Positions 39,561 to 49,087 of a DNA stretch of 64,000 nucleotides are shown piece after piece (positions within the stretch are counted from its first letter, which is position 1; the number at the start of each line of letters is the position of its first letter). The notes under the pieces were generated by a model. It searched no databases and was not told where the DNA came from. It saw nothing but the letters and a program-made list of their open reading frames with translations. Source of the stretch: Nitrospirota bacterium (GTDB lineage Bacteria; Nitrospirota; Thermodesulfovibrionia; UBA6902; JAJYJJ01); NCBI GenBank assembly GCA_021789595.1, contig JAJYJJ010000013.1, positions 238 to 64,237 of the forward strand, in the 5' to 3' direction. Both the position numbers and the translations under genes were made by a program.

Positions 39561-41646
39561 GGTTCACCGGTATCACAAAACTGAACCTGCTCCCCTTGCC
39601 ATGTTCGCTCTCCACCCATATCCTTCCGCCCAGAAGCTCAACGAGCTTTTTTGTGAGGACAAGCCCCACTCCCGTTCCGCTGTATTTCTTTGTGTATGGA
39701 GACTCAAACTGTGCAACCTCCTTAAAAAGCCTGGAAAGTTCTTCAGCTTTTATGCCAATGCCTGTGTCGGCGATGGAAACCTCGATGGACGACGGATGAT
39801 CACTCACTTCGCTCGTTAGGACGATAGACGCTTTTTCGTCCTTCGTCCTTCGTCCCTCGTCCCTCGTCAAGCGTGCTTGCACGCGCACACTTCCGCCATC
39901 TGGCGTAAACTTTACGGCATTGCTCAGGAGATTAAACATGATCTGATTGAGCTTCCCTGAATCCGCTTCTATCTCTATGTCTGCATCAGGCTCTATATCG
40001 AGGCTCAGTTTCAGATTATGTTTTATTGCCTCTTCGTTAAATACTGTCATGGATGACTTCAGTACATCCTTAACAAGAAACTTGTTTAATCTAAGCTGCA
40101 TGCTGCCGGAAGTAGCTCTTGAAAGATCAAGCATGTCAGTGATAAGGCCGAGCAGATGTACCCCGCTGCTTAGAACGTCCGACACATACTCTTTCTGTTT
40201 CTCATTCAATTCTCCGTATAATCTGTCCTGAAGGATCTGCGAAAATCCGATTATGGAATTAAGCGGTGTCGTCAGTTCATGAGACATGTTTGCAAGGAAA
40301 TCTGACTTTGCCCTGTTTGCAGCCTCGGCCAAAAGTCTTGCATGTTCAAGTTCTAAGAGACTGCGTTTCAGGCCTTCATTCAGTTTCTTGATTTCTTCTT
40401 CTGCCTTTAAGCGTTCCTCCTCCACGCCGATAGACCGGGCTATGATCTCCATCACTCTTTCTTCAGACTCGTTGATGACAAAATCACTTTGAAAAACAGC
40501 GCAGAGGGAACCTATGGGGATGCCGCGGCATTTCACCGCTTTGCCGATATAGGTTTGCAAGTTATATTTCATTACATTGGGATCTGTCCGCGCATAAGGT
40601 GTCTGCTGGAGGTTGCGCACTACCATGATCCTGTCTCCGCAGGATCGGATCACATCATAACAGATGTGTCCTTCGGGCTTGTCCAGAGGATTATAGTCAG
40701 CAGGGGCATTCCATTGTCCCAGAGATAAGAGCATTCCCCTCTCCATACGATTGTACAGGGCGCAGGTTGCTCCAAGGAGTTCACCGCAAAGAGATGTAAG
40801 ACGGTTGATGTTTTCATTCGAGTCAGAACTGAAGCTTAAAAAGCATTCGTTTATCTTCTCTATGGTTTTTCCCATACGCTTTCGATCAGTTATATCCATC
40901 CAGGAGCCGATAATCTCCTGCGCTTTCCCCTCCGTGTCCCGCACCATGGTCATCTGATCATACATCCACCTGTATGTCCCGTCCTTGCAGAGGAAACGAT
41001 ATTCATGGGCATAGCGCCCTTTTTCAAATAACCGTGGTAGATTCTCAAGAATAAGCGGTGCGTCATCAGGGTGGATATGGTCAGCCCAGAACCGGGAATC
41101 CTCAATAAACTCGCGCGCGTCATAACCTGTCTGCGCCTTGACATTCTCGCTGATGAACGTAGCGCCGTAGGGAGGCTCCGCATCGCAGGTGTAAATAACC
41201 GCCGGGGTCTCTTTCAGAAGGAAACTCAAACGCTCCTTGCTTTTCCACAATTCCGTTTCTGCTTTTTTTATCCGGAGCATTGCCTGAACACGGGCCAGGA
41301 GTTCATGGTTTGAAATGGGACGTGCAATATATCCGTCAGCCCCTGCTTCGAGTCCTTCCGCTTGCCTCTCAGAGGAAATCGCCGTCCCTGAGATCAGAAC
41401 CACATAGCTACCCACTGACCCGGGGTCTGCCTTGATGCGCTTGCAGACATCAATCCCGTTTATATCGGGAAGATTGAAATCGAGCAGAATCAGGTCCGGA
41501 TGTTCTTTTTTGGTTATGCTGAGGCATTCATCCCCCGATGAAGCTTCAATGACTTCATAGCCCTCCAAGCGTAGTATTTCTGAAGTAATAGTGAGCAGAA
41601 CAGGATCGTCATCAACATAAAGAATCCTCGGTTTTGCTGAAAACAT
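39529..41646 (-). CDS. Hybrid kinase REC-PAS-GAF-HisKA-HATPase
   Basis: REC, PAS (IHPDD), GAF-like, SHELTTPL, NAVKF, DTGIGI, GTGVGL; SD GGAGG favours MFSAKP. Confidence 0.88.
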   Translation of the reverse strand: MFSAKPRILYVDDDPVLLTITSEILRLEGYEVIEASSGDECLSITKKEHPDLILLDFNLPDINGIDVCKRIKADPGSVGSYVVLISGTAISSERQAEGLEAGADGYIARPISNHELLARVQAMLRIKKAETELWKSKERLSFLLKETPAVIYTCDAEPPYGATFISENVKAQTGYDAREFIEDSRFWADHIHPDDAPLILENLPRLFEKGRYAHEYRFLCKDGTYRWMYDQMTMVRDTEGKAQEIIGSWMDITDRKRMGKTIEKINECFLSFSSDSNENINRLTSLCGELLGATCALYNRMERGMLLSLGQWNAPADYNPLDKPEGHICYDVIRSCGDRIMVVRNLQQTPYARTDPNVMKYNLQTYIGKAVKCRGIPIGSLCAVFQSDFVINESEERVMEIIARSIGVEEERLKAEEEIKKLNEGLKRSLLELEHARLLAEAANRAKSDFLANMSHELTTPLNSIIGFSQILQDRLYGELNEKQKEYVSDVLSSGVHLLGLITDMLDLSRATSGSMQLRLNKFLVKDVLKSSMTVFNEEAIKHNLKLSLDIEPDADIEIEADSGKLNQIMFNLLSNAVKFTPDGGSVRVQARLTRDEGRRTKDEKASIVLTSEVSDHPSSIEVSIADTGIGIKAEELSRLFKEVAQFESPYTKKYSGTGVGLVLTKKLVELLGGRIWVESEHGKGSRFSFVIPVNHEGQGTKDER
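39783..39868. repeat. In-frame inverted heptamer-repeat array inside HATPase
   Basis: cgatgga cgacgga ... cgataga / tcgtcct tcgtcct tcgtccc tcgtccc tcgtc. Confidence 0.85.
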
Positions 41647-41885
41647 AAAACCTCCACACTTTAGGGTCAAACTACCATTGAATTTTGAATGAGATCATGT
41701 ACCATAGCAAAAGTATAGTAGAAATCTTTGCAGTGTGCAAGTCGTTTTTAAATTTAATCCCTAAATAGTCTTTAGGTACTGATAATTAACATTTGTATCG
41801 TTACCTTGAAATCATTGGTGGAAACGTTTATTTCAGGAAGAACGCACAATGCATATTTTTGTGAGTAGGTACTGCAATGAAGAAC

Positions 41886-44800
41886 TTAAGCCTGCGTGAC
41901 ATTTTTCCCTTCATCTTTCTTTTTAAAAATCCGTTGAATCTTCTCTGTGTATTTTTCTAAAAGGCCGTACATACCAGGCATGGCCACGAGCACAACCAGG
42001 GTAGAGGTGACCAGTCCTCCGATAAGGACAACAGCCATGGGCTGCTGGATTTCAGCGCCCGCGCCCATACCAAGGGCAAGGGGAAGGACAGCAAAAGAGG
42101 CGCTAAAGGCGGTCATTAGCACAGGCCGCATCCTGAATCTTCCTCCCAGGAGTTGGGCATCCCTGAGCGGAAGGCCCTCCTTCTGGCGGTCTATGATATA
42201 CTCCACAAGCAAGACCCCCTTCTGGACAGTGAGGCCAAAATGCGCAAGGAGCCCTATGAGTGAAGAGACATTAAGGGAGATGCCTGTAATCAGTAGCGCA
42301 AAGATCCCACCTGTTAAGGCAAAGGGGATAAAGAAGATGATTAAGATAGCCTTTCCCACAGAGCGATATGCTGATAAGAGCAACAGGAAGGTAATAAAGA
42401 TAACCACCCCAAAGATGGTCTCAATCTTATTAATCACCTCTTTTTCCCTGCGGTATTCCCCTCCAAAGGAGACATAATAGCCTGAAGGTAGATTCAGTTG
42501 TTTCACCAATCCCTTTATCTCTGTGACGATAGCATCCATGCCTTTGCCTGAGCTGTTACAGGAAAGCTGGATCCTCCTTGCCATGTCCTGCCTTCTGATG
42601 TCGCTGGGGGCGGTATCTTCCCATATGTGGGAAACCATGCCGAGTGAGACCTTCCCGCCCTTCGGCAGATCAATGAGGATGGAAGAGATCTCATCAATAT
42701 TATTTCTGAAAGGTTCTTCAAGCCTCATAAAGATGTTATAGGTCTTTTCGTTTTTTAATACACTTGTTATGACACTTCCCTGAAGCACCAGGTCAACATC
42801 CCTGCCTATGTCTTCCGGGCTTAAACCATATTGTGCCGCCTTTATCCTGTCAATCTCTACATTCACCTGGGGAACGCCGGTTGTTGATTCTATCTTCAAG
42901 TCCGTAATCCCTTTTATCTTAGCCATAAGGTTATATAGTTCCATCCCTTTGGAGTAAAGGGTGCTTAGATCATTACCAAAGATCCTTACTGCGAGCTGAC
43001 CGCCGATAGTCGTGCCTGAAATGCTTTCTTCAAGCCTTTCTGTCATGGGTGTGGTAATGATTATCAGCGCCCCTGGGATGTCTGCTGTCCTCTTTCGAAT
43101 CCATTGATCAATCTGTTCGATGCTGCTATGCCGCTTGTTCCATGGCAGAAGCTCGACATAGGTCTCTGACTTGTTGGCTCCCTCTGTCTTAGGGGAGTTC
43201 TCAGGTCTTCCAGCCCTCATAATCACTGCCTGGACATCAGGGCCCTTCCTTAGAATCTCTGCTACTTGAGAGGCTGTCTTCCCTTCCTCCTCAAGATTGG
43301 TTCCTGGAAGGGTATGTATCTTAACAAGGATTGCCCCTTCATCGATCTTTGGCAGGAAACCTGTCTTTATAAAGGGGAACAGGGCAATGGTGATTCCAAG
43401 GATTATAAAGAGGGACAACAGAATTCTTCCTGGATGGACGATGGAGAATGTGAGGGCAGGGTTATAGGTCTTTTCGAATCTCCTTGTCAGCCAGCTTTCC
43501 CCTGTCTTTTTAGCGGCTGCCTTTGGCAGAAGGGTATAGCAGAGGATTGGTGTTAGTGTCAGGGAAAGGACAAATCCCACGAGTATCGAGGTAACAACTG
43601 TGAAAGAAAAGGGCTGAAATATCTTTCCTATCATCCCTGGGATGCTGTATAGAGGCAAGAAAACCGCAACGATGATAGCAGTTGCATAGGCCACAGGCCT
43701 GCGGACCTCAAGGGCACCTTCAATGGTTGCCTGTAGAGGATTATCCTGATGGCCATGGAGGTGTCTGAATATGTTTTCTGTATCCACAATGGCCGCATCC
43801 ACCATAATGCCGAGGCCGACTGCCAGACCTCCCATGGACATGACATCCAAGCTGTAGTGAAAAAGTCTCATGAAAAAGAAGGTGATAATTACTGTAACTG
43901 GAAGGATGATGGCCACAATAAATGTGCTTCTGAGGTTTGATAGAAACAGAAGGGTAACGAGGATAACTGCTATGCCTCCCAGGACCAATGCCCCATTCAG
44001 GTTATGGATGGAGACATCAATAAGACTGGAGGCATTGGAAAAGACATCGAGTTTTACACCCTTGGGGAGTTCCTTCTGGAGATCTTTAAGCGCCCTTGTA
44101 ACATCTTCAATAACAGGTTTGGAATCTACCCCATATTGCTTGACAACAGTCCCTGTAACAGCCTCTTTGCCGTTAACAAAGACAATGCCCTGCCGAATCT
44201 GATGTCCGATTTCGATGGTGGCTATGTCTCTAAGAAAGATAGGGATGCCCTTTCTTGTAGCCACAATAATCTTGTTCAGGTCTTTAAAATATCTTATCCT
44301 TCCAAGCCCTCTCACAGAATACTGTAATGGCCCCTCGTTAATAAAACCGCCGGAGAAGTAGGTGTTATTTGCCCTTATGGCCCCGGCAACCTCATCTATA
44401 CTCAGGTTATAGTTTTTGAGTTTATCCTGATTTATCAACACCTGGTATTGCCTTACCTCTCCTCCCATGTTTGTGATGCTTGATACCCCGGGAACGGCCT
44501 TTAGCCGATAACCTATCTGGTAATCCGCTAAGTCTCTCAAATCCATAGGAGAGACCTCAGGATTATTACTGACAAGATAATACTGGATTACCTCTGATAG
44601 ACGGTCTGCTGCATTGGAGACCACAGGAACCCCTGTGCCTGGAGGGAGATTTGGCGCTATTCCAGAGAGTTTTTGGGTAATAAGCTGCATGGCAAGGTAA
44701 TAGTTAGTTCCCCATGAAAACTTCACGACCACAGAGGCAAGACCATTTTTTGAGACAGACAGAACCCTTTCTACCCTTGGGAGGCTTCGGAAGCCGCTTT

Positions 44801-45008
44801 CAAGGGGAAAGGTTATCTGCCTTTCTACTTCCTCAGAGGAAAGACCGGGGTTCTCTACAACCACCTTAAATATAGGCGAGCTTAGATCCGGCAGCACATC
44901 CCTTGAGAGGGAAGACAGGGAGAAGAATCCTAAAAACACAAAGAGCGATACCAGGAGAATTACAAGGAGTCTATGCGTGAGGGAAAAAGATATAATCTTT
45001 TTAAACAC
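41886..45008 (-). CDS. CusA/CzcA-family heavy-metal RND permease
   Basis: 1040 aa; DAAIVDTEN, RMRPVLMT, GAEIQQPMA. Confidence 0.9.
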   Translation of the reverse strand: MFKKIISFSLTHRLLVILLVSLFVFLGFFSLSSLSRDVLPDLSSPIFKVVVENPGLSSEEVERQITFPLESGFRSLPRVERVLSVSKNGLASVVVKFSWGTNYYLAMQLITQKLSGIAPNLPPGTGVPVVSNAADRLSEVIQYYLVSNNPEVSPMDLRDLADYQIGYRLKAVPGVSSITNMGGEVRQYQVLINQDKLKNYNLSIDEVAGAIRANNTYFSGGFINEGPLQYSVRGLGRIRYFKDLNKIIVATRKGIPIFLRDIATIEIGHQIRQGIVFVNGKEAVTGTVVKQYGVDSKPVIEDVTRALKDLQKELPKGVKLDVFSNASSLIDVSIHNLNGALVLGGIAVILVTLLFLSNLRSTFIVAIILPVTVIITFFFMRLFHYSLDVMSMGGLAVGLGIMVDAAIVDTENIFRHLHGHQDNPLQATIEGALEVRRPVAYATAIIVAVFLPLYSIPGMIGKIFQPFSFTVVTSILVGFVLSLTLTPILCYTLLPKAAAKKTGESWLTRRFEKTYNPALTFSIVHPGRILLSLFIILGITIALFPFIKTGFLPKIDEGAILVKIHTLPGTNLEEEGKTASQVAEILRKGPDVQAVIMRAGRPENSPKTEGANKSETYVELLPWNKRHSSIEQIDQWIRKRTADIPGALIIITTPMTERLEESISGTTIGGQLAVRIFGNDLSTLYSKGMELYNLMAKIKGITDLKIESTTGVPQVNVEIDRIKAAQYGLSPEDIGRDVDLVLQGSVITSVLKNEKTYNIFMRLEEPFRNNIDEISSILIDLPKGGKVSLGMVSHIWEDTAPSDIRRQDMARRIQLSCNSSGKGMDAIVTEIKGLVKQLNLPSGYYVSFGGEYRREKEVINKIETIFGVVIFITFLLLLSAYRSVGKAILIIFFIPFALTGGIFALLITGISLNVSSLIGLLAHFGLTVQKGVLLVEYIIDRQKEGLPLRDAQLLGGRFRMRPVLMTAFSASFAVLPLALGMGAGAEIQQPMAVVLIGGLVTSTLVVLVAMPGMYGLLEKYTEKIQRIFKKKDEGKNVTQA

Positions 45009-45010
45009 GA

Positions 45011-46189
45011 TTAATCCTCTTCCCCTGCTGAGGCAGGCGATTTGAATGCCCTGGCATTCTCCAACTGATATGCCCCTGAAACAACTACTTCTTCCCCTTC
45101 TTTTATATTACCCCGAACCCCTGCCTTTCCTGCCATCTCACCAATAACCTCTACCTCTCTCTTTTCAAAGGTATCACCCTTTTTTATAAAGACAACCCTT
45201 TTAGCGCCTTCCTTCTGGATAGCAGTTGCAGGGATTATAAGGACATTGGAAGAGACCCCTGTTACTATCTGCGCTATCCCTTTCATGCCAGGCTTTAACA
45301 AGCCTGAGGTATTCTCTATAGAAACCCTGGCCAGGGCTGTCATGGTTTCAGGATTGAGATCAGGGGAAAGAGAATTAATCCTGCCTTTAAAGATTTTACC
45401 CGAATAGGCATCTGTCTTGAATGTTATTTCTTGACCAGGTCTTACCCTGGAGAGCCAATCCGGATATATATCCAGATATATCCACACCCTTGAGAGATCT
45501 GCAATGGAAAAAACCTCCTCACCTTTTGTAACCCATTCTCCACTGCTGATATTTCGGTCTATGATAACGCCTGATAAAGGGGCATCTACCCTGTAGAGGT
45601 ACTTTTGGGGAAAGTCTTCTCCTCTCTCAGTTGTTTTAGGTAGAAAGATGCCGAGGATACTTAGCTGTTCCACAGCCCTTTTATAGCTTGCCTCGGCCTG
45701 GACATAGGCATTTTGAGCCTTTTCCACATCCTTTAAAGGGGCCACTTTTAACTTGAACAGCTCTTCCTTTCTCTTTAGATTTGCCTCTGCAAAGGTAAGG
45801 CTGGCCTTTGCCTGCTGCATTAGCGCCAGGGCATCTCCAATGTCCTGGCTTTCAATAACAGTTAGCACATCACCCTTCTTTACATATGTCCCTATGTTCG
45901 GAAAGACCCTGAGAACCTTACCATTCACAATAGAGCGTATGCGGGCCTTTTGATTTATATCTGTTTTCACCTCCCCTGTGGTCTGGATGGTCTCAGGCAT
46001 CTCACCCTTGACAACGGAAGCTGTCTGAAGATGCATAAGTTTCTGGGTCTCTGGATCTATCTTGAGGATATTTTGAGCCGATGTCTCCTTTCCCTTCTCT
46101 TTGGGGGTGGGTTTTTCAGTGCACGCAGAGATAAATGTCAAGATTATTCCGCAAAGGAGTAACTTCAGAACCAAAGTATTTCTTACCAT
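45011..46189 (-). CDS. RND periplasmic adaptor (CzcB-like), probable lipoprotein
   Basis: ISAC lipobox, lipoyl/hairpin domains, LKPGM. Confidence 0.88.
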   Translation of the reverse strand: MVRNTLVLKLLLCGIILTFISACTEKPTPKEKGKETSAQNILKIDPETQKLMHLQTASVVKGEMPETIQTTGEVKTDINQKARIRSIVNGKVLRVFPNIGTYVKKGDVLTVIESQDIGDALALMQQAKASLTFAEANLKRKEELFKLKVAPLKDVEKAQNAYVQAEASYKRAVEQLSILGIFLPKTTERGEDFPQKYLYRVDAPLSGVIIDRNISSGEWVTKGEEVFSIADLSRVWIYLDIYPDWLSRVRPGQEITFKTDAYSGKIFKGRINSLSPDLNPETMTALARVSIENTSGLLKPGMKGIAQIVTGVSSNVLIIPATAIQKEGAKRVVFIKKGDTFEKREVEVIGEMAGKAGVRGNIKEGEEVVVSGAYQLENARAFKSPASAGEED

Positions 46190-46233
46190 GAAATCCTCCC
46201 TGTAAATTTCAAGTTAACATCCTTTAACCCTGT

Positions 46234-47493
46234 TCATTCAGGTAACCTCCCAGTCAATCGGGATAGCTCGGCCTCTGCCCTGCGAAGCTCAAAAAGGGCA
46301 TGGTTATACTCTTTGATGGTCTTCAGGTATCTATCCCTTGCCATCAATAGGTCCATTAATCCGATTGCGCCTTCTTTGTAGCCAATCCTCGCAACCCTCA
46401 TGCCTTCAGATGCCGATCTTAATATCCCTTCTTGAAATAACTTCACCTGCCTTTTTGAAATCAGGTAATCCTGCCATGCGGTCTCAAGTTTTAAATTGAG
46501 CTGTGCCTTTAGAGCCTTCAGCGCCAAAACGGCCTTTTTATGTTCTGCCTCAGCCTTTTTAATCTCTCCCTCTTTTCTATCCCAGATCGGAAGGGGCACA
46601 GAGAGACCCAATCCTGTTGTCCGATCCCCTGGCTGGGCGCCGTGAAAAATGGAAAGTGTAAAATCAGGGTAGCGGGAATATCTGGCATAGGCGAGGTTGC
46701 TTTCTGTCTGTGCAATCCTGGCCGCGGCCTCCTCCAGAGACGGGACATGCTCAATAGCCTGCCGAAGATCTTCTATGGTAAAGGGTTCAGAAGCCGCTTT
46801 AAGCTCTCCTATTACTCTTAAGGGGGCTTCAGGTCTATGTCCTAAGAGGGTATTTATAGCTGAAACAGCCTTTCTCATATCGGCCTGTTCTCTCTCTACA
46901 GCAGCCCTGGCCCTTTCTGCTTCTGTATAGGCCTGGATAACATCAAACTCTGCCACATCTCCAGTATTAAATCGTTTTTTTGCTATATCCTCTAAGTCTG
47001 ATAGAAACCCTGCGTCTTTTTCAGCAACCCTCAGATTTTCTTCTGTTAGAAGAAGGCTGTAGAATGCCTCTTTCACCTGCATGACAATATCGAGGGAGAC
47101 ATCCTTGAGTAGATACTCGGCTGCTGCAATGCCTTTTTCAGCAGCGTGAAGCCTGGAGGCCAATTTCCCAGGATAAAGAAAAGTCTGGCCTAATGATAAA
47201 AAAGGCTCATCCCTTTGACCTAAAGAGGTATGCCATGTATATTTAAGACCCAGCGATGGATTGGGGTATGCCCTGGCCTTAAGCTCATCGCCCTTTGCCG
47301 CCTCAACAACCTCTCTGACCTCCTTGATATCAGGGTTTGCCTTCAATGCCTCTTTGATAAGCTGATTGAGGGTATATGTGGGGATTGAGGATGGCTCCTG
47401 CGCATTCAGGGGAAGGGTTTTATACCCAAAGACAAGAACCATCAAGACTATGCCGGCAATTATTCGCCTTCTCATGATATTCAAATATATCAT
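46234..47493 (-). CDS. TolC/CzcC outer-membrane factor
   Basis: ALKANP, YPNP, PLPIWDR OEP repeats. Confidence 0.88.
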   Translation of the reverse strand: MIYLNIMRRRIIAGIVLMVLVFGYKTLPLNAQEPSSIPTYTLNQLIKEALKANPDIKEVREVVEAAKGDELKARAYPNPSLGLKYTWHTSLGQRDEPFLSLGQTFLYPGKLASRLHAAEKGIAAAEYLLKDVSLDIVMQVKEAFYSLLLTEENLRVAEKDAGFLSDLEDIAKKRFNTGDVAEFDVIQAYTEAERARAAVEREQADMRKAVSAINTLLGHRPEAPLRVIGELKAASEPFTIEDLRQAIEHVPSLEEAAARIAQTESNLAYARYSRYPDFTLSIFHGAQPGDRTTGLGLSVPLPIWDRKEGEIKKAEAEHKKAVLALKALKAQLNLKLETAWQDYLISKRQVKLFQEGILRSASEGMRVARIGYKEGAIGLMDLLMARDRYLKTIKEYNHALFELRRAEAELSRLTGRLPE

Positions 47494-47537
47494 AGGATTG
47501 TTTTGAAATCAACTTCTTCTAACATTTATGTCTCCAG

Positions 47538-48539
47538 TTAAGTTTTAGAATGCTGCTTCAATTTTTTAAAGAAAAACAAATAAAGCGATAAGTATAGAAC
47601 AATTACGGCAAGAATAATGTCCATATAATGCAGTGCAAAAAAGGAATAGATATATATCCACGCATCATGTATTAATCGGTCAGTAATCTCAAAACCCGGT
47701 GACTTAATCTTTGTTACTTCATAGCTTACTCCTGCATCACTCACATTCGCCTTTATATAGTGATAAAAATCGTGTTCAGGATTTGTGCCAACTAATTCAG
47801 CGCCTGCCCCACCTGTGATGATATAGTGTGTTTTGCTCCACACTCCACAGTAAAAAGAATGGATATGGGAGGTAAAGAGCATTGTGATATTATAGTTATC
47901 AAAGATTGAATTTAGTTGATTTGCAAATCTTATATCCTTCAGGTTATGTGCTATTCTGGGGCCTTCCTTTCTTGGATCAAAAAGCGGGACATGCATGAAG
48001 ACGAATCTGTACTTATATTTGAGAGCCTTTTCTAACTGCTCCTTTACCCACTCCATCTGCCAGGGGTCTAAATTATACTCATTGGCATCATCAAGGATAA
48101 TAAAGTATGCATCTCCAATCGTGAATGAATAGTAAAACCTGCCAAAGAGGTCATAATAGTTTCCTCTCCCATTCTCTCTAAGCTCATGGTTTCCGATTGC
48201 AGTTAATAAAGGCTTTTTAAACTCCTTTATCTGATTGATGAAAAACTTGTATTTCTCTTTTTCTCCATCCTGTACAAGGTCTCCAATATCGATGGAAAAC
48301 ATTACATCATCTAAATTAACTGCATTTATCAGATTCTCAAATGTTGTTATGGAATTTTTATTGTCTCCAAATACGGCAAATGAAAAGTTCTTTGCTTTCT
48401 TGTCAATCTTTTGCAATTGCCTGTAGTTATAGTCTGTTATCTGTGGGAATGTAATGGCTGAATGAATTTTTATCCCAATTGTTATTATCAGCAAAGATAT
48501 TGCAATGAATAATATTTTTCTGTTGTATAATCGTTTCAA
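47538..48539 (-). CDS. Membrane-anchored calcineurin-like metallophosphoesterase
   Basis: GDNK, GDLV, GNHE, HVP, SHIH; N- and C-terminal TMs. Confidence 0.85.
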   Translation of the reverse strand: MKRLYNRKILFIAISLLIITIGIKIHSAITFPQITDYNYRQLQKIDKKAKNFSFAVFGDNKNSITTFENLINAVNLDDVMFSIDIGDLVQDGEKEKYKFFINQIKEFKKPLLTAIGNHELRENGRGNYYDLFGRFYYSFTIGDAYFIILDDANEYNLDPWQMEWVKEQLEKALKYKYRFVFMHVPLFDPRKEGPRIAHNLKDIRFANQLNSIFDNYNITMLFTSHIHSFYCGVWSKTHYIITGGAGAELVGTNPEHDFYHYIKANVSDAGVSYEVTKIKSPGFEITDRLIHDAWIYIYSFFALHYMDIILAVIVLYLSLYLFFFKKLKQHSKT

Positions 48540-49087
48540 TTAAGAACCTCTGATGGTCTCCAGTTCTCAAAAAATCGATCCATGGCAGAGGTCTTGCCTA
48601 TCGGAATATGTCCATATAAAATGGATATTTGTTTTTCCGCCTCTGATTTTGGCTCTCTATCTACTATTACCTTCCACATTGCTGCGACCAGCCCTGACCT
48701 GTCAGCGCCAGCCTGACAGTGTATTAGTATGGGACGGGGTGCAGATTTGAAGATTTTAATAAGCCTTTGAACATCTTCATCAGTGGGCTCACGGGATGCT
48801 GATAGAGAAATATCGTAATGTATTACATTGTGCTCTGCACTTACTTCCAATTCTTCTTTATACCACGAGTTATCAGGGTTCTTACCCCGCAGATTCAGGA
48901 TGCTCCTGATGTTATGCTTTTTGATATAATATTCAAGCTCATCTCTGTCAAGTTGAGCAGACCTGTATGCCTCGCCGGGTGTAATCGCATGGAAGTTGCC
49001 CTGCTCCTCTGTATACAAAAAATAACCTGCAGTTAAGATAAGCACCAATGAAAGGACTGCAATGAAAAACTTAAGCTTGCGTGACAT
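48536..49087 (-). CDS. Exported Cys-dependent tyrosine/dual-specificity phosphatase
   Basis: HCQAGADRSG (CX5R), YRSAQ, N-terminal TM. Confidence 0.88.
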   Translation of the reverse strand: MSRKLKFFIAVLSLVLILTAGYFLYTEEQGNFHAITPGEAYRSAQLDRDELEYYIKKHNIRSILNLRGKNPDNSWYKEELEVSAEHNVIHYDISLSASREPTDEDVQRLIKIFKSAPRPILIHCQAGADRSGLVAAMWKVIVDREPKSEAEKQISILYGHIPIGKTSAMDRFFENWRPSEVLN

